Source of the DNA: Candidatus Spongiisociaceae bacterium
GTDB taxonomy: Bacteria; Actinomycetota; Acidimicrobiia; Spongiisociales; Spongiisociaceae
Length of the DNA: 64,000 nt
Direction: 5' to 3'
Assembly (NCBI GenBank): GCA_965202665.1
Contig: OZ241841.1
Span: forward strand, 1,536,001-1,600,000
Shown piece after piece: positions 47,672 through 56,856 of this stretch (its first letter is position 1; the number at the start of each line of letters is the position of its first letter). The notes under the pieces were generated by a model. That model saw only the letters and a list, made by a program, of their open reading frames with translations, had not been told where the DNA came from and searched no databases. The position numbers and the translations under genes were made by a program.

Positions 47672-50600
47672 ATGGCGGCTCGTGTGTTGGGTAGGGTTTG
47701 GCTTGTAGGATTGTTGGTGTTGGGTCTGGTGGCCAGTTTGTTGGGTGCGGCTCCGCCGGGTGCGGTGGGGACGCATGGGGATGATGCGGATGTGGATTAT
47801 GAGCCGTCGTATTCGGCCTGTGTGGGGGCGGCGACGGAGTCTTTCGGGTTTGAGGACACGGAAGGGTCGTTCGCGGAGGGGGCGATTGATTGTTTGGCGC
47901 ATTATGGGATAACGACCGGTCGGTCGGCGACGATGTTTGCTCCCAATGATTCGGTGTTGCGGTGGCAGATGGCCCTGTTTTTGGCGAGGGCGGCCGCGGC
48001 GGCGGGGATCGTGTTGGCGAATCCGGCTGCTGATCAGGGGTTTACGGATGTGGGGGCGGTGTCGGGGGAGGCCCGTAACGCTATCAACGGTTTAGCGGCG
48101 GCGGGAATCATGCCCGGCATGTCGCAGACGACGTTTAGTCCGAATAGTTCGGTGACGCGTGGTTCCATGGCTGTGTTGTTGGACGCTTTCCTGGCGCGGG
48201 CGACTCCGGGGGCGGGGGCGTTTGGGGGTGAGATTGAGAAGTATTCGGATGTGATGGTGGATAGTTCCGATGTTTTCAATGATATTAGTGGGGTGTCGTT
48301 GAATACTTATAATGCGATTTATCGTATTTATGAGGTGGGGGTGACGCAGGGGGTGGGGGATCATCAGTTCGGGCCGGGTCGTAATGTGACGCGGGCGCAG
48401 ATGGCGGCGTTTATCACGAGGGCGTTTGCGCATACGGTGGCTCGTCCGGCGGGGGTGTCGATTCAGGCGGAGCGGGATTCGGTGTTGGGGGAGTCGTCGG
48501 TGCAGTTGATTGTGTCGGTGCGGGATGCGATGTTTCAGCCGGTGGTGGATGCGTCGGTGGATGTGTTCCGTTCCACCGATCCCGACAACGCTTTGAAGGA
48601 CGACGGCACATGCGATACAGCTAGTGTTGGTCAGGTGGCTGGTATTGGCAGGGCGGCGTGTGAGGTGGATACGGGGGATGAGACGACTGATGCGGCGGGG
48701 GACGTTACCGCGTTGCAGTTGCAGGTGTCGGATGCGGATGTGACGGTGTGGGCGTGGACCGGGGACCGGGATGACAAGTTCGATTCCGACGACACGGCTT
48801 CGGCGCAGTTGACCGTCGGTTTCTCTAAGGCGGCCAGCCAGTTGTTGGTGACCGACAATTTGGAGGAGGGGCAGACCCATTTGCAGTTCGGGGAAACGGC
48901 TACGTTGACGGTGCAGGTGGCTAATGAGGATGATGAGCCGGTGGCGGAGAAGGGGGTGGGGGTGAAGGTCGCCCAGGTTACCACTCCCGATGTGAGCAAG
49001 ACGACGGAGACCAACTCGTCCACCAATACCTATACCACTGACGCGTCGGGCAAGTTTCAGTTGTCGTTCACCCTGACCGATCCCAGCTCCGGCGACGATG
49101 AGGACGCGACGGTGGCGGTTACTTTGAGCGAACCGTCCTCTTATTCCCTCCAAGACGAAGACGGCACCGCATTCTCCTCCAAGACCTACACTTGGTCCGA
49201 TGATGTGGGGGTTCCGGCCAAGTTGGTGTTGGAAACGCAGAATATGTGGGCCGAGGCGTCGGATGAGGGCCGGGGGGCGGTAGCGGCGGTTACCGCCACT
49301 TTGACCGACCAGTTCGGCAACCCGGTACGGGGACAGCGAATCCACTTTTGGTCCGACGACCCAGCCGGGGTAAGTGAGAAATCTGAAGATGCCCTGTTGG
49401 CCAGGGTGCGGACCACCGCCACCAGCGGCAGCCAAAATTCCCACAAGGATTTTCACTTCACCGTGTTGCATGATTTGATCGGCGAGGCTCAGTACGCGCG
49501 TACTACCAACCGGGCGGGTAGGGCTGTATTGACCTACAACCGGGATGCGACGGCGGGTGTCATTGAGACGGTGCGGGCCCGAATAATACGGGGAGCGGAC
49601 GACGCCAAAAGAGTAAGCGACGACGACCCTGATCTGTTGAGCGAGAAAGTGTCTTTCTTTTGGGCTGAAGAGTTGGACGACGACGATTCGGATTCTGGTC
49701 GAATTTTGGTGAAGGAGGCGGACGCCCGGCGGGTGGTGTTTGCGGCCCAGGATGGCCGGGTGAGAATGATCACCTACGATGGCAACGACCAGTTCCGGCG
49801 GGCGGGCGTTCCGATAACGAGTGCGGATTTTGAAAAATATCTGAAAGACACCGCCGCCCATATTACGGTCAACATTTATTCCGACACCGCAGGCGGCGTC
49901 AGTTCGTTTGACGCGACGGCGGAATGGCCGTCTACCGATCTGACCGAAATTCCGGTTCCGACGGCGTTGGGTCAGACCGCCACCGAACTCCACAACGGAA
50001 TGATTCATTACGCGGTAGATAGTGACACGATCGTGGTTGGTTCTTTCATGGATAACAACTACGCCGGCGCGGTATACGTTTACGACGGGGTGGACGATGA
50101 AACACCCCAGAAGTTGACCGCTCCCACCCCGCAACCCACCACTTTCACTGGGGATTGGCGTACCGCTGCTTGGAACCTCAAGCCGTGGTCTCTCAACCTG
50201 GCGATTTCGGGAGGGCAGTTCGGCTATGCGGTGGATATCCGGGGCGATACCATCGTGGTGGGAGAGCCCGGTCGTTTGAGCAACAGTGTTATAGCCGCTT
50301 CCCGCGTTCGTAATGGAGTCACCCAGGCTAGCATCCGGAATGGGCGGGCGGCCGACGGCGCGGTTTACGTTTACACCAAGAACAGTTCCGGAACCTGGGA
50401 GTTGGACGCCACTTTGACGGCCAACGGCTCCACTTTGCGCGGGGGGCGGATACCGTTGAACGACTGGGGGGCGAGAGGGTTTCAGATGGGCAGGGCGGTG
50501 GCGGTCTCCGGCGACGAAACCCACATTGCCGCTAGCACTCCCGGCTTCCTAACCGTCCAAAGGCGGATAGGCGGGGCCTTCGTGTTTGAACGGCCCGACC

Positions 50601-51463
50601 AAACCGGACGGAACACGGCAACCAACGGCAAATGGGACGATGATAACGGAGCCAACTCGGACCGCTTTGAGCCGGGAGCCGACAACGTGAACCAAAACCA
50701 AAATCGTTGGAGCGAGCTTTTCGGGGCGGACCGGGAGTTGGCGATCTCGAACAACGGGCTGACGGTGGTGGTGGGGGCCCACTACTTCAACCGAACAGTG
50801 GAGGGGGTGCGATACACCTGGGGAGGAGGGGCGTATATCTTCACCAGCGCTGACTGGAATGACGGCACGGCAAACATTTATGAACAGGACGCCGTCCTGA
50901 ACTCCCCCAACCCGTACACGTCTGAGGGGTTTGGGGCGTCGGTGGCGGTGGACGACGACGGGTCGACGGTGGTGGTTTCCGCCAACTTCCGTCCCAACAT
51001 GTTACGACGGGGCAAAGCCCTGATCTTCGAACGTCCCGACCAGTCCGGACGTTCCGCCAACAACCAATGGGAGAACGAGATGAATCCCACCGCTGTCCTC
51101 ACGGCCCCGGATCATCCAGACGCGCCTGATAATTGCACGGCCGCAGCCGGCCCGGTGCTGGGATGCAACATCGGAGAGGTGTTCGGACAGTGGGTGGACA
51201 TCACCGGCGACGGCGGGAAAATCTTAGCCTCCCGGGGTTTCCGGACCGAGGGCGCCCTGCGGGGTTCAAGCCTTATCTTCACCGAACCGGCCGGCGGTTG
51301 GTCGACGGTCACCGCCGACCGGCAACCCTCCAATGTGGAATATCTGGGCTCCGAACTGGAATCGCTACTTGGATGGCGCAACCATTTCGACCAAGCCAAC
51401 GGCAAGTTTTACGTCTATGAGGAACCCGAGGGCGGGATACTCATATACCAGATAACGCCTTAG
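47672..51463 (+). CDS. Surface (S-layer) protein paralog 2
   Basis: N-terminal ~560 aa nearly identical to paralogs 1 and 3; RBS GGAGG. Confidence 0.85.
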   Translation: MAARVLGRVWLVGLLVLGLVASLLGAAPPGAVGTHGDDADVDYEPSYSACVGAATESFGFEDTEGSFAEGAIDCLAHYGITTGRSATMFAPNDSVLRWQMALFLARAAAAAGIVLANPAADQGFTDVGAVSGEARNAINGLAAAGIMPGMSQTTFSPNSSVTRGSMAVLLDAFLARATPGAGAFGGEIEKYSDVMVDSSDVFNDISGVSLNTYNAIYRIYEVGVTQGVGDHQFGPGRNVTRAQMAAFITRAFAHTVARPAGVSIQAERDSVLGESSVQLIVSVRDAMFQPVVDASVDVFRSTDPDNALKDDGTCDTASVGQVAGIGRAACEVDTGDETTDAAGDVTALQLQVSDADVTVWAWTGDRDDKFDSDDTASAQLTVGFSKAASQLLVTDNLEEGQTHLQFGETATLTVQVANEDDEPVAEKGVGVKVAQVTTPDVSKTTETNSSTNTYTTDASGKFQLSFTLTDPSSGDDEDATVAVTLSEPSSYSLQDEDGTAFSSKTYTWSDDVGVPAKLVLETQNMWAEASDEGRGAVAAVTATLTDQFGNPVRGQRIHFWSDDPAGVSEKSEDALLARVRTTATSGSQNSHKDFHFTVLHDLIGEAQYARTTNRAGRAVLTYNRDATAGVIETVRARIIRGADDAKRVSDDDPDLLSEKVSFFWAEELDDDDSDSGRILVKEADARRVVFAAQDGRVRMITYDGNDQFRRAGVPITSADFEKYLKDTAAHITVNIYSDTAGGVSSFDATAEWPSTDLTEIPVPTALGQTATELHNGMIHYAVDSDTIVVGSFMDNNYAGAVYVYDGVDDETPQKLTAPTPQPTTFTGDWRTAAWNLKPWSLNLAISGGQFGYAVDIRGDTIVVGEPGRLSNSVIAASRVRNGVTQASIRNGRAADGAVYVYTKNSSGTWELDATLTANGSTLRGGRIPLNDWGARGFQMGRAVAVSGDETHIAASTPGFLTVQRRIGGAFVFERPDQTGRNTATNGKWDDDNGANSDRFEPGADNVNQNQNRWSELFGADRELAISNNGLTVVVGAHYFNRTVEGVRYTWGGGAYIFTSADWNDGTANIYEQDAVLNSPNPYTSEGFGASVAVDDDGSTVVVSANFRPNMLRRGKALIFERPDQSGRSANNQWENEMNPTAVLTAPDHPDAPDNCTAAAGPVLGCNIGEVFGQWVDITGDGGKILASRGFRTEGALRGSSLIFTEPAGGWSTVTADRQPSNVEYLGSELESLLGWRNHFDQANGKFYVYEEPEGGILIYQITP

Positions 51464-51485
51464 CCGCTTCACGCAACCCAACACG

Positions 51486-51525
51486 ACGGGAAGCCCCCCG
51501 CACCGAAGCGGGGGGCTTCCTGTTT
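51486..51525 (+). terminator. Intrinsic terminator after paralog 2
   Basis: GGAAGCCCCCCGC...GCGGGGGGCTTCC-TGTTT. Confidence 0.8.
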
Positions 51526-51568
51526 ACCCCAAACTTCAGGGGATTGGGGCGGGTTGGGGCGGATTGAC

Positions 51569-51597
51569 TTGACAAATTAGGGGGGGGGGGGTAGCGT
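51569..51597 (+). promoter_or_regulatory. Promoter with poly-G spacer (paralog 3, 17-bp spacer)
   Basis: TTGACA-AATTA-G12-TAGCGT. Confidence 0.75.
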
Positions 51598-51689
51598 TTT
51601 GGACTGTTGGGCTTTACGGCGTGTGAGGTTGCCCGCTGAATGACCTGCGTAGTTAACAAAAAAATCCTGGATTCGGAAGGAGGATGTAA

Positions 51690-54600
51690 ATGTCGGTTCG
51701 CGTGTCGGGGAAGGTTTGGCTTGTAGGATTGTTGGTGTTGGGTTTGACGGCGAGTTTGCTGGGTGCGGCTCCGCCGGGGGCGGTGGGGACGCATGGGGAT
51801 GATGCGGATGTTGATTATGAGCCATCGTATTCGGCCTGCGTGGGGGCGGCGACGGAGTCTTTCGGGTTTGAGGACACGGAGGGGTCGTTCGCGGAGGGGG
51901 CGATTGATTGTTTGGCGCATTATGGGATCACCACGGGACGGTCGGCGACGATGTTCGCTCCCAATGATTCGGTGTTGCGGTGGCAGATGGCCCTGTTTTT
52001 GGCGAGGGCGGCCGCGGCGGCGGGGATCGTGTTGGCGAACCCGGCGGCTGATCAGGGTTTCACGGATGTGGGGGCGGTGTCGGGGGAGGCCCGTAACGCT
52101 ATCAACGGTTTAGCGGCGGCGGGAATCATGCCTGGTGTGTCGCAGACGACGTTTAGTCCGAATAGTTCGGTGACGCGTGGTTCCATGGCTGTGTTGCTGG
52201 ACGCGTTTTTAGCGCGGGCGACGTTGGGGGCGGGGGCGTTTGGGGGTGAGATTGAGAAGTATTCGGATATAGAGGTGGATAATTTCAATGTGTTTAGCGA
52301 TATTGATGGGGTGTCGTTGAATACTTATAATGCGATTTATCGGATTTATGAGGTGGGGGTGACGCAGGGGGTGGGGGATCATCAGTTCGGGCCGGGTCGT
52401 AATGTGACGCGGGCGCAGATGGCGGCGTTCATCACCCGGGCGTTTGCGCACACCGTAGCCCGTCCGGCCGGGGTGTCCATACAAGCGGAGAAAGATTCGG
52501 TGCTGGGGGAATCATCGGTGCAACTTATCGTATCGGTGCGGGATGCGATGTTTCAGCCGGTGGTGGATGCGTCGGTGGATGTGTTCCGTTCCACCGATCC
52601 CGACAACGCGTTGAATGATGATGGCAGGTGTAATGCGGCCAGTGTTGGTCAGGTGGCTGGTATCGGCAGGGCGGCTTGTGAGGTGGATACGGGGGATGAG
52701 ACTACGGACGCGGCGGGGGATATCACCTCCTTGCAACTGCAGGTGTCGGATGCGGATGTGACGGTGTGGGCGTGGACCGGGGACCGGGCTGACAAGTTTG
52801 ATTCCGATGACACCACCGCCGCCCAGTTGACCGTCGGGTTTTCCAAGGCGGCCAGCCAGTTGTTGGTGACTGACAATTTGGAGGAGGGGCAGACCCGTTT
52901 GCAGTTCGGGGAGACGGCTACGCTGACGGTGCAGGTGGCTAATGAGGATGATGAGCCGGTGGCGGAGAAGGGGGTGGGGGTGAAGGTCGCCCAGGTTACT
53001 ACTCCGGATGTGAGCAAGGCGACGGAGACCAACTCGTCCACCAACACCTATACCACGGACGCTACCGGGAAGTTTCAGTTGTCGTTTACCCAGACCGATC
53101 CCAGTTCCGGTGATGATGAGGACGCAACGGTGGTGGTTACTTTGAGCGAACCGTCCTCTTATTCCCTCCAAGACGAAGACGGGACCGCGTTCTCCTCCAA
53201 GACCTACACCTGGTCCGATGATGTGGGGGTTCCGACCAAACTGGTGTTGGAAACCCGGCAGATGTGGGCCGAAGCGTCTGAAGAGGGCCGGGGGGCGGTG
53301 GCGTCGGTTACCGCCACTTTGACCGACCAGTTCGGCAACCCGGTGCGGGGCCAGCGAATTCATTTCTGGTCCGATGACCCAGCCGGGGTAAGCGAGAAAT
53401 CTGAAGATGCCCTGTTGACCAGGGTGCGGACCACCGCTGCCAGCGACGCCAACAATATCCATCGTGCTTTTCCCTTCACCGTGTTGCATAATCTGGTCGG
53501 TGAGGCTCAGTACGCGCGTACCACCAACCGGGCAGGCGCGGCCACATTGACCTACAACCGGGATGCGACGGCGGGTGTCATCGAGACGGTGCGGGCCCGG
53601 ATGATACGGGGGGAGGACGACGCTAAAAGAGAAAGCGGCGACGACCCCGATCTGTTAAGCGATAAAGTGTCTTTCTTTTGGGCTGAAGAGTTGGACGACG
53701 ACGATTCGGATTCTGGTCGAATTTTGGTGAAGGAGGAGGACGCCCGGCGGGTGGTGTTTGCGGCTGAGGATGGCCGGGTGAGAATGATCACCTACGATGG
53801 CAACGACCAGTTCCGGCGGGCGGGCGCTCCGATAACGAGTGCGGATTTTGAAAAATATCTGAAAGACACCGCCGCCCATATTACGGTCAACATTTATTCC
53901 GACACCGCAGGCGGCGTCAGTTCGTTCGACGCGACGGCGGAATGGCCGTCTACCGATCTGCCCAAAATTCCGGTTCCGACGGCGCTGGGCCGGACCGTCA
54001 CCAGGCTCCACAACGGAATGATTCATTACGCGGTGGATGGGGGCACGATCGTGGTTGGTTCTTTCTTGGAGAACAACTACGCCGGCGCGGTGTACGTTTA
54101 TGACGGGGTGGGCGATGAAACGCCCCAGAAGTTGACCGCCCCCACCCCGCAACCCACCACTTTCACCGGGGATTGGACTACCACTGCTTGGAACGTCAAG
54201 CCGTGGTCTCTCAACTTGGCGACTTCGGGAGGGCAGTTCGGTTATGCGGTGGATATCCGGGGCGACACCATCGTGGTGGGAGAGCCCGGTCGTTTGAGCA
54301 ACAGTGTCATAGCCGCTTCCCGCGTTCGTAATGGAGTGACCCAGACTAGCATCCGGAACGGGCGGGCAGCCGACGGCGCGGTTTACGTTTACACCAAGAA
54401 CAGTTCCGGAACCTGGGAGTTGGACGCCACTTTGACGGCTAACGGCTCCACTTTGCGCGGGGGACGGATACCGTTGAACGACTGGGGGGCGAGAGGGTTT
54501 CAGATGGGCCTGGCGGTGGCGGTCTCCGGCGACGAAACCCACATTGCGGCCAGCACTCCCGGCTTCTTAACCGTCCAAAGGCGGATAGGCGGGGCCTTCG

Positions 54601-55466
54601 TGTTTGAACGGCCCACCAGTGCTGCCAACGGCAAATGGGACGATGACAACGGGGCCAACTCGGACCGCTTTGAGCCGGGAGCCGACAACGTGAACGAAAA
54701 CCAAAATCGTTGGAGCGAGCTTTTCGGGGCGGACCGGGAGTTGGCGATCTCGAACAACGGACTGACGGTGGTGGTGGGGGCCAACCTTTTCAACCGAACA
54801 GTGGAGGGGGTGCGATACACCTGGGGGGGAGGGGCGTATATCTTTACCAGCACCAACTGGAATGACGGCGCGGCGGACATTTATGAACAGGACGCCGTCC
54901 TGAACTCCCCCAACCCGTTCTGGGCTGAGAAGTTTGGCCGGTCGGTGGCGGTGGACGATGACGGGTCGACGGTGGTGGTTTCCTCCAACTTCCGTCCCAA
55001 CATGTTGCGACGGGGCAACGCGCTGATCTACGAACGTCCAGCCGGACCTCTAGACAACGACCAATGGGAGGACGAGATGAATCCCACCGCTATCCTCACC
55101 GCCCCGGATCATCCAGACGCGCCTGATAATTGCACGGCCGCGTTGGGCCCGGTGCTGGGATGCAACGTTGGGGAGGTGTTCGGACAGTGGGTGGACATCA
55201 CCGGCGACGGCGAGAAGATCTTAGCCTCCCGGGGTTACCGGACCGAGGGCGCCCTGCGGGGTTCAACCCTTCTCTTCACCGAACCGTCCGGCGGCTGGTC
55301 GACGGTCACCGCCGACCGGCAACCCTCCAATGTGGAATATCTGGGTTCCGAACTGGAGGGGCTGTTTGGATGGCGCAACCATTTCGACCAAGCCAGCGAC
55401 AACGACGATATTTACTCCTATGAGGATCCCGAAGGCGGGATACTCATATACCAGATAACGCCTTAG
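51690..55466 (+). CDS. Surface (S-layer) protein paralog 3
   Basis: Same architecture as paralogs 1 and 2; C-terminal half closest to paralog 2. Confidence 0.85.
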   Translation: MSVRVSGKVWLVGLLVLGLTASLLGAAPPGAVGTHGDDADVDYEPSYSACVGAATESFGFEDTEGSFAEGAIDCLAHYGITTGRSATMFAPNDSVLRWQMALFLARAAAAAGIVLANPAADQGFTDVGAVSGEARNAINGLAAAGIMPGVSQTTFSPNSSVTRGSMAVLLDAFLARATLGAGAFGGEIEKYSDIEVDNFNVFSDIDGVSLNTYNAIYRIYEVGVTQGVGDHQFGPGRNVTRAQMAAFITRAFAHTVARPAGVSIQAEKDSVLGESSVQLIVSVRDAMFQPVVDASVDVFRSTDPDNALNDDGRCNAASVGQVAGIGRAACEVDTGDETTDAAGDITSLQLQVSDADVTVWAWTGDRADKFDSDDTTAAQLTVGFSKAASQLLVTDNLEEGQTRLQFGETATLTVQVANEDDEPVAEKGVGVKVAQVTTPDVSKATETNSSTNTYTTDATGKFQLSFTQTDPSSGDDEDATVVVTLSEPSSYSLQDEDGTAFSSKTYTWSDDVGVPTKLVLETRQMWAEASEEGRGAVASVTATLTDQFGNPVRGQRIHFWSDDPAGVSEKSEDALLTRVRTTAASDANNIHRAFPFTVLHNLVGEAQYARTTNRAGAATLTYNRDATAGVIETVRARMIRGEDDAKRESGDDPDLLSDKVSFFWAEELDDDDSDSGRILVKEEDARRVVFAAEDGRVRMITYDGNDQFRRAGAPITSADFEKYLKDTAAHITVNIYSDTAGGVSSFDATAEWPSTDLPKIPVPTALGRTVTRLHNGMIHYAVDGGTIVVGSFLENNYAGAVYVYDGVGDETPQKLTAPTPQPTTFTGDWTTTAWNVKPWSLNLATSGGQFGYAVDIRGDTIVVGEPGRLSNSVIAASRVRNGVTQTSIRNGRAADGAVYVYTKNSSGTWELDATLTANGSTLRGGRIPLNDWGARGFQMGLAVAVSGDETHIAASTPGFLTVQRRIGGAFVFERPTSAANGKWDDDNGANSDRFEPGADNVNENQNRWSELFGADRELAISNNGLTVVVGANLFNRTVEGVRYTWGGGAYIFTSTNWNDGAADIYEQDAVLNSPNPFWAEKFGRSVAVDDDGSTVVVSSNFRPNMLRRGNALIYERPAGPLDNDQWEDEMNPTAILTAPDHPDAPDNCTAALGPVLGCNVGEVFGQWVDITGDGEKILASRGYRTEGALRGSTLLFTEPSGGWSTVTADRQPSNVEYLGSELEGLFGWRNHFDQASDNDDIYSYEDPEGGILIYQITP

Positions 55467-55489
55467 CCGTTTCACGCAACCCAACACGC

Positions 55490-55527
55490 CGGGAGGCCTC
55501 CCGCTAAAGCGGGGGGCTTCCTGTTTT
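55490..55527 (+). terminator. Intrinsic terminator after paralog 3
   Basis: GGGAGGCCTCCCGC-TAAA-GCGGGGGGCTTCCTG-TTTT. Confidence 0.75.
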
Positions 55528-55550
55528 GGGGAGGGGAGCGGGCGACGGGG

Positions 55551-56825
55551 TCAGCCGGGGCGCCGGGCGGCGGCGGCCCGCGCCGGGCGGGGGGAGCCGC
55601 CGTCGTCGATGGGCAGGTGGATGAGCATGGCGAACAGCCCCAGCCCTATGGCCGCCAGCCACACCGCCCGGTAGTCGCCGGTGGCGTCGAACAGGCGGCC
55701 TCCCAGCCACACTCCCAGAAACGACCCTATCTGATGGCTGAAAAACACCACGCCGAACATGGTGGACAGATACCGCACTCCGCCCAGGTGGGCGGCGGTG
55801 GCGGAAGTGAGGGGGACGGTGGCCAGCCAGACGAACCCGATGGCCGCCCCGAAGACGATGGCCGTGACCGGGGTGAGCGGGACGGCCAACAGCCCGATCA
55901 TCAGCGCGGTGCGGGCGGCGTAGAGGGCGGCCAGCAGGCTCCGTTTGCGGAAAAAGTTTCCGAGGTAGCCGAAGACCGCCGACCCGGCGATGTTGAACAG
56001 GCCGATGGCGGCCAGGGAAAAGGACGCCGCCCGCAAGGACAGGCCCCGGTCCGTCAGGTAGGCGGGAAGGTGGGTGGCTACGAACCCCACGTGAAACCCG
56101 CACACGAAGAAACCGGAGTTGAGCAACAGGTAGCTGCGGTTGAGGGCTTTCCCGGTCAGGGTTCGCAAAGACAGGTCGGTACCTTCTCCTCCGGCGGAGT
56201 CTTCCCGGCGTCCGGGAAAAGCCCAGGCCAGGGCGGCCATTACCACGGAAGAAGCGGCGATTATTCCGAAGGAGGGGCGCCACCCGACCAGTTCTATGGC
56301 CGCCTCGAAGGCGGGGGCCAGGACGAACATTCCCAGGGAGGCGGCGGCGGTTATCAACCCCAGGGCGGTGGTGCGTTGCGCTTCGGGGGCCAACTGCCCG
56401 ACGGCGGCGATCACCAACGCCAGGGAAACGGCGCTCATCCCCACTCCGGCGGCCACTCCCAACAGCAACACCAGCCCGGCCCCCGATTCCGCCGCCGACG
56501 CCCCCAGCATGGCCGCCCCATACACCGCCGACCCGGCCGCCAGGATGTAACGGTGGTTGAACCGGTCGGCCAGGTAGGCGGCGATGGGGAAGCCCATTAT
56601 CAGGTTGAGCAGGGCCACCGCCAGGCTGAAAGTTTCCCGGCCCGTTCCCAGGCCGTCGCTCACCGCCGGCAGGAACACCCCCAGCGAAGCCCGGGTTCCC
56701 ATAATCAAAAAAACGATCCCGGATCCGGCCGCGGTGACCCCCCATATTCCCCGCCCTCTTTTTCCGCTCCCGGAGAGCAGGGCGGAGGGGCTCCCGCCGG
56801 TCGGGCGGGGGGCGCGGTCGGTCAT
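55551..56825 (-). CDS. MFS transporter
   Basis: About 12 TM helices; GFFVCGFHVGFVATHLPAYL, FFSHQIGSFLG. Confidence 0.9.
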   Translation of the reverse strand: MTDRAPRPTGGSPSALLSGSGKRGRGIWGVTAAGSGIVFLIMGTRASLGVFLPAVSDGLGTGRETFSLAVALLNLIMGFPIAAYLADRFNHRYILAAGSAVYGAAMLGASAAESGAGLVLLLGVAAGVGMSAVSLALVIAAVGQLAPEAQRTTALGLITAAASLGMFVLAPAFEAAIELVGWRPSFGIIAASSVVMAALAWAFPGRREDSAGGEGTDLSLRTLTGKALNRSYLLLNSGFFVCGFHVGFVATHLPAYLTDRGLSLRAASFSLAAIGLFNIAGSAVFGYLGNFFRKRSLLAALYAARTALMIGLLAVPLTPVTAIVFGAAIGFVWLATVPLTSATAAHLGGVRYLSTMFGVVFFSHQIGSFLGVWLGGRLFDATGDYRAVWLAAIGLGLFAMLIHLPIDDGGSPRPARAAAARRPG

Positions 56826-56856
56826 CGGCGGCCTTTCCGGGTCGGGGCGGCGGCGG

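Larger units (their letters stand above)
43470..55527 (+). repeat. Tandem triplication of a ~4.0-kb promoter-gene-terminator unit
   Basis: Conserved promoter, 5'UTR (TGTTGGGCTTTACGGCGTGTGAGGTTGCCCG), CDS, 3' end (ATAACGCCTTAG...CACGCAACCCAACACG) and terminator. Confidence 0.92.

Noticed and set aside
48092-50524. Long antisense ORF (810 aa) and similar shadow ORFs across the window
   Set aside because: They lie opposite well-supported genes, lack motifs, and are expected from high-GC codon bias.
43599-55466. Diversity-generating retroelement acting on the paralogs
   Set aside because: No reverse transcriptase in the window, and the differences are not adenine-specific.
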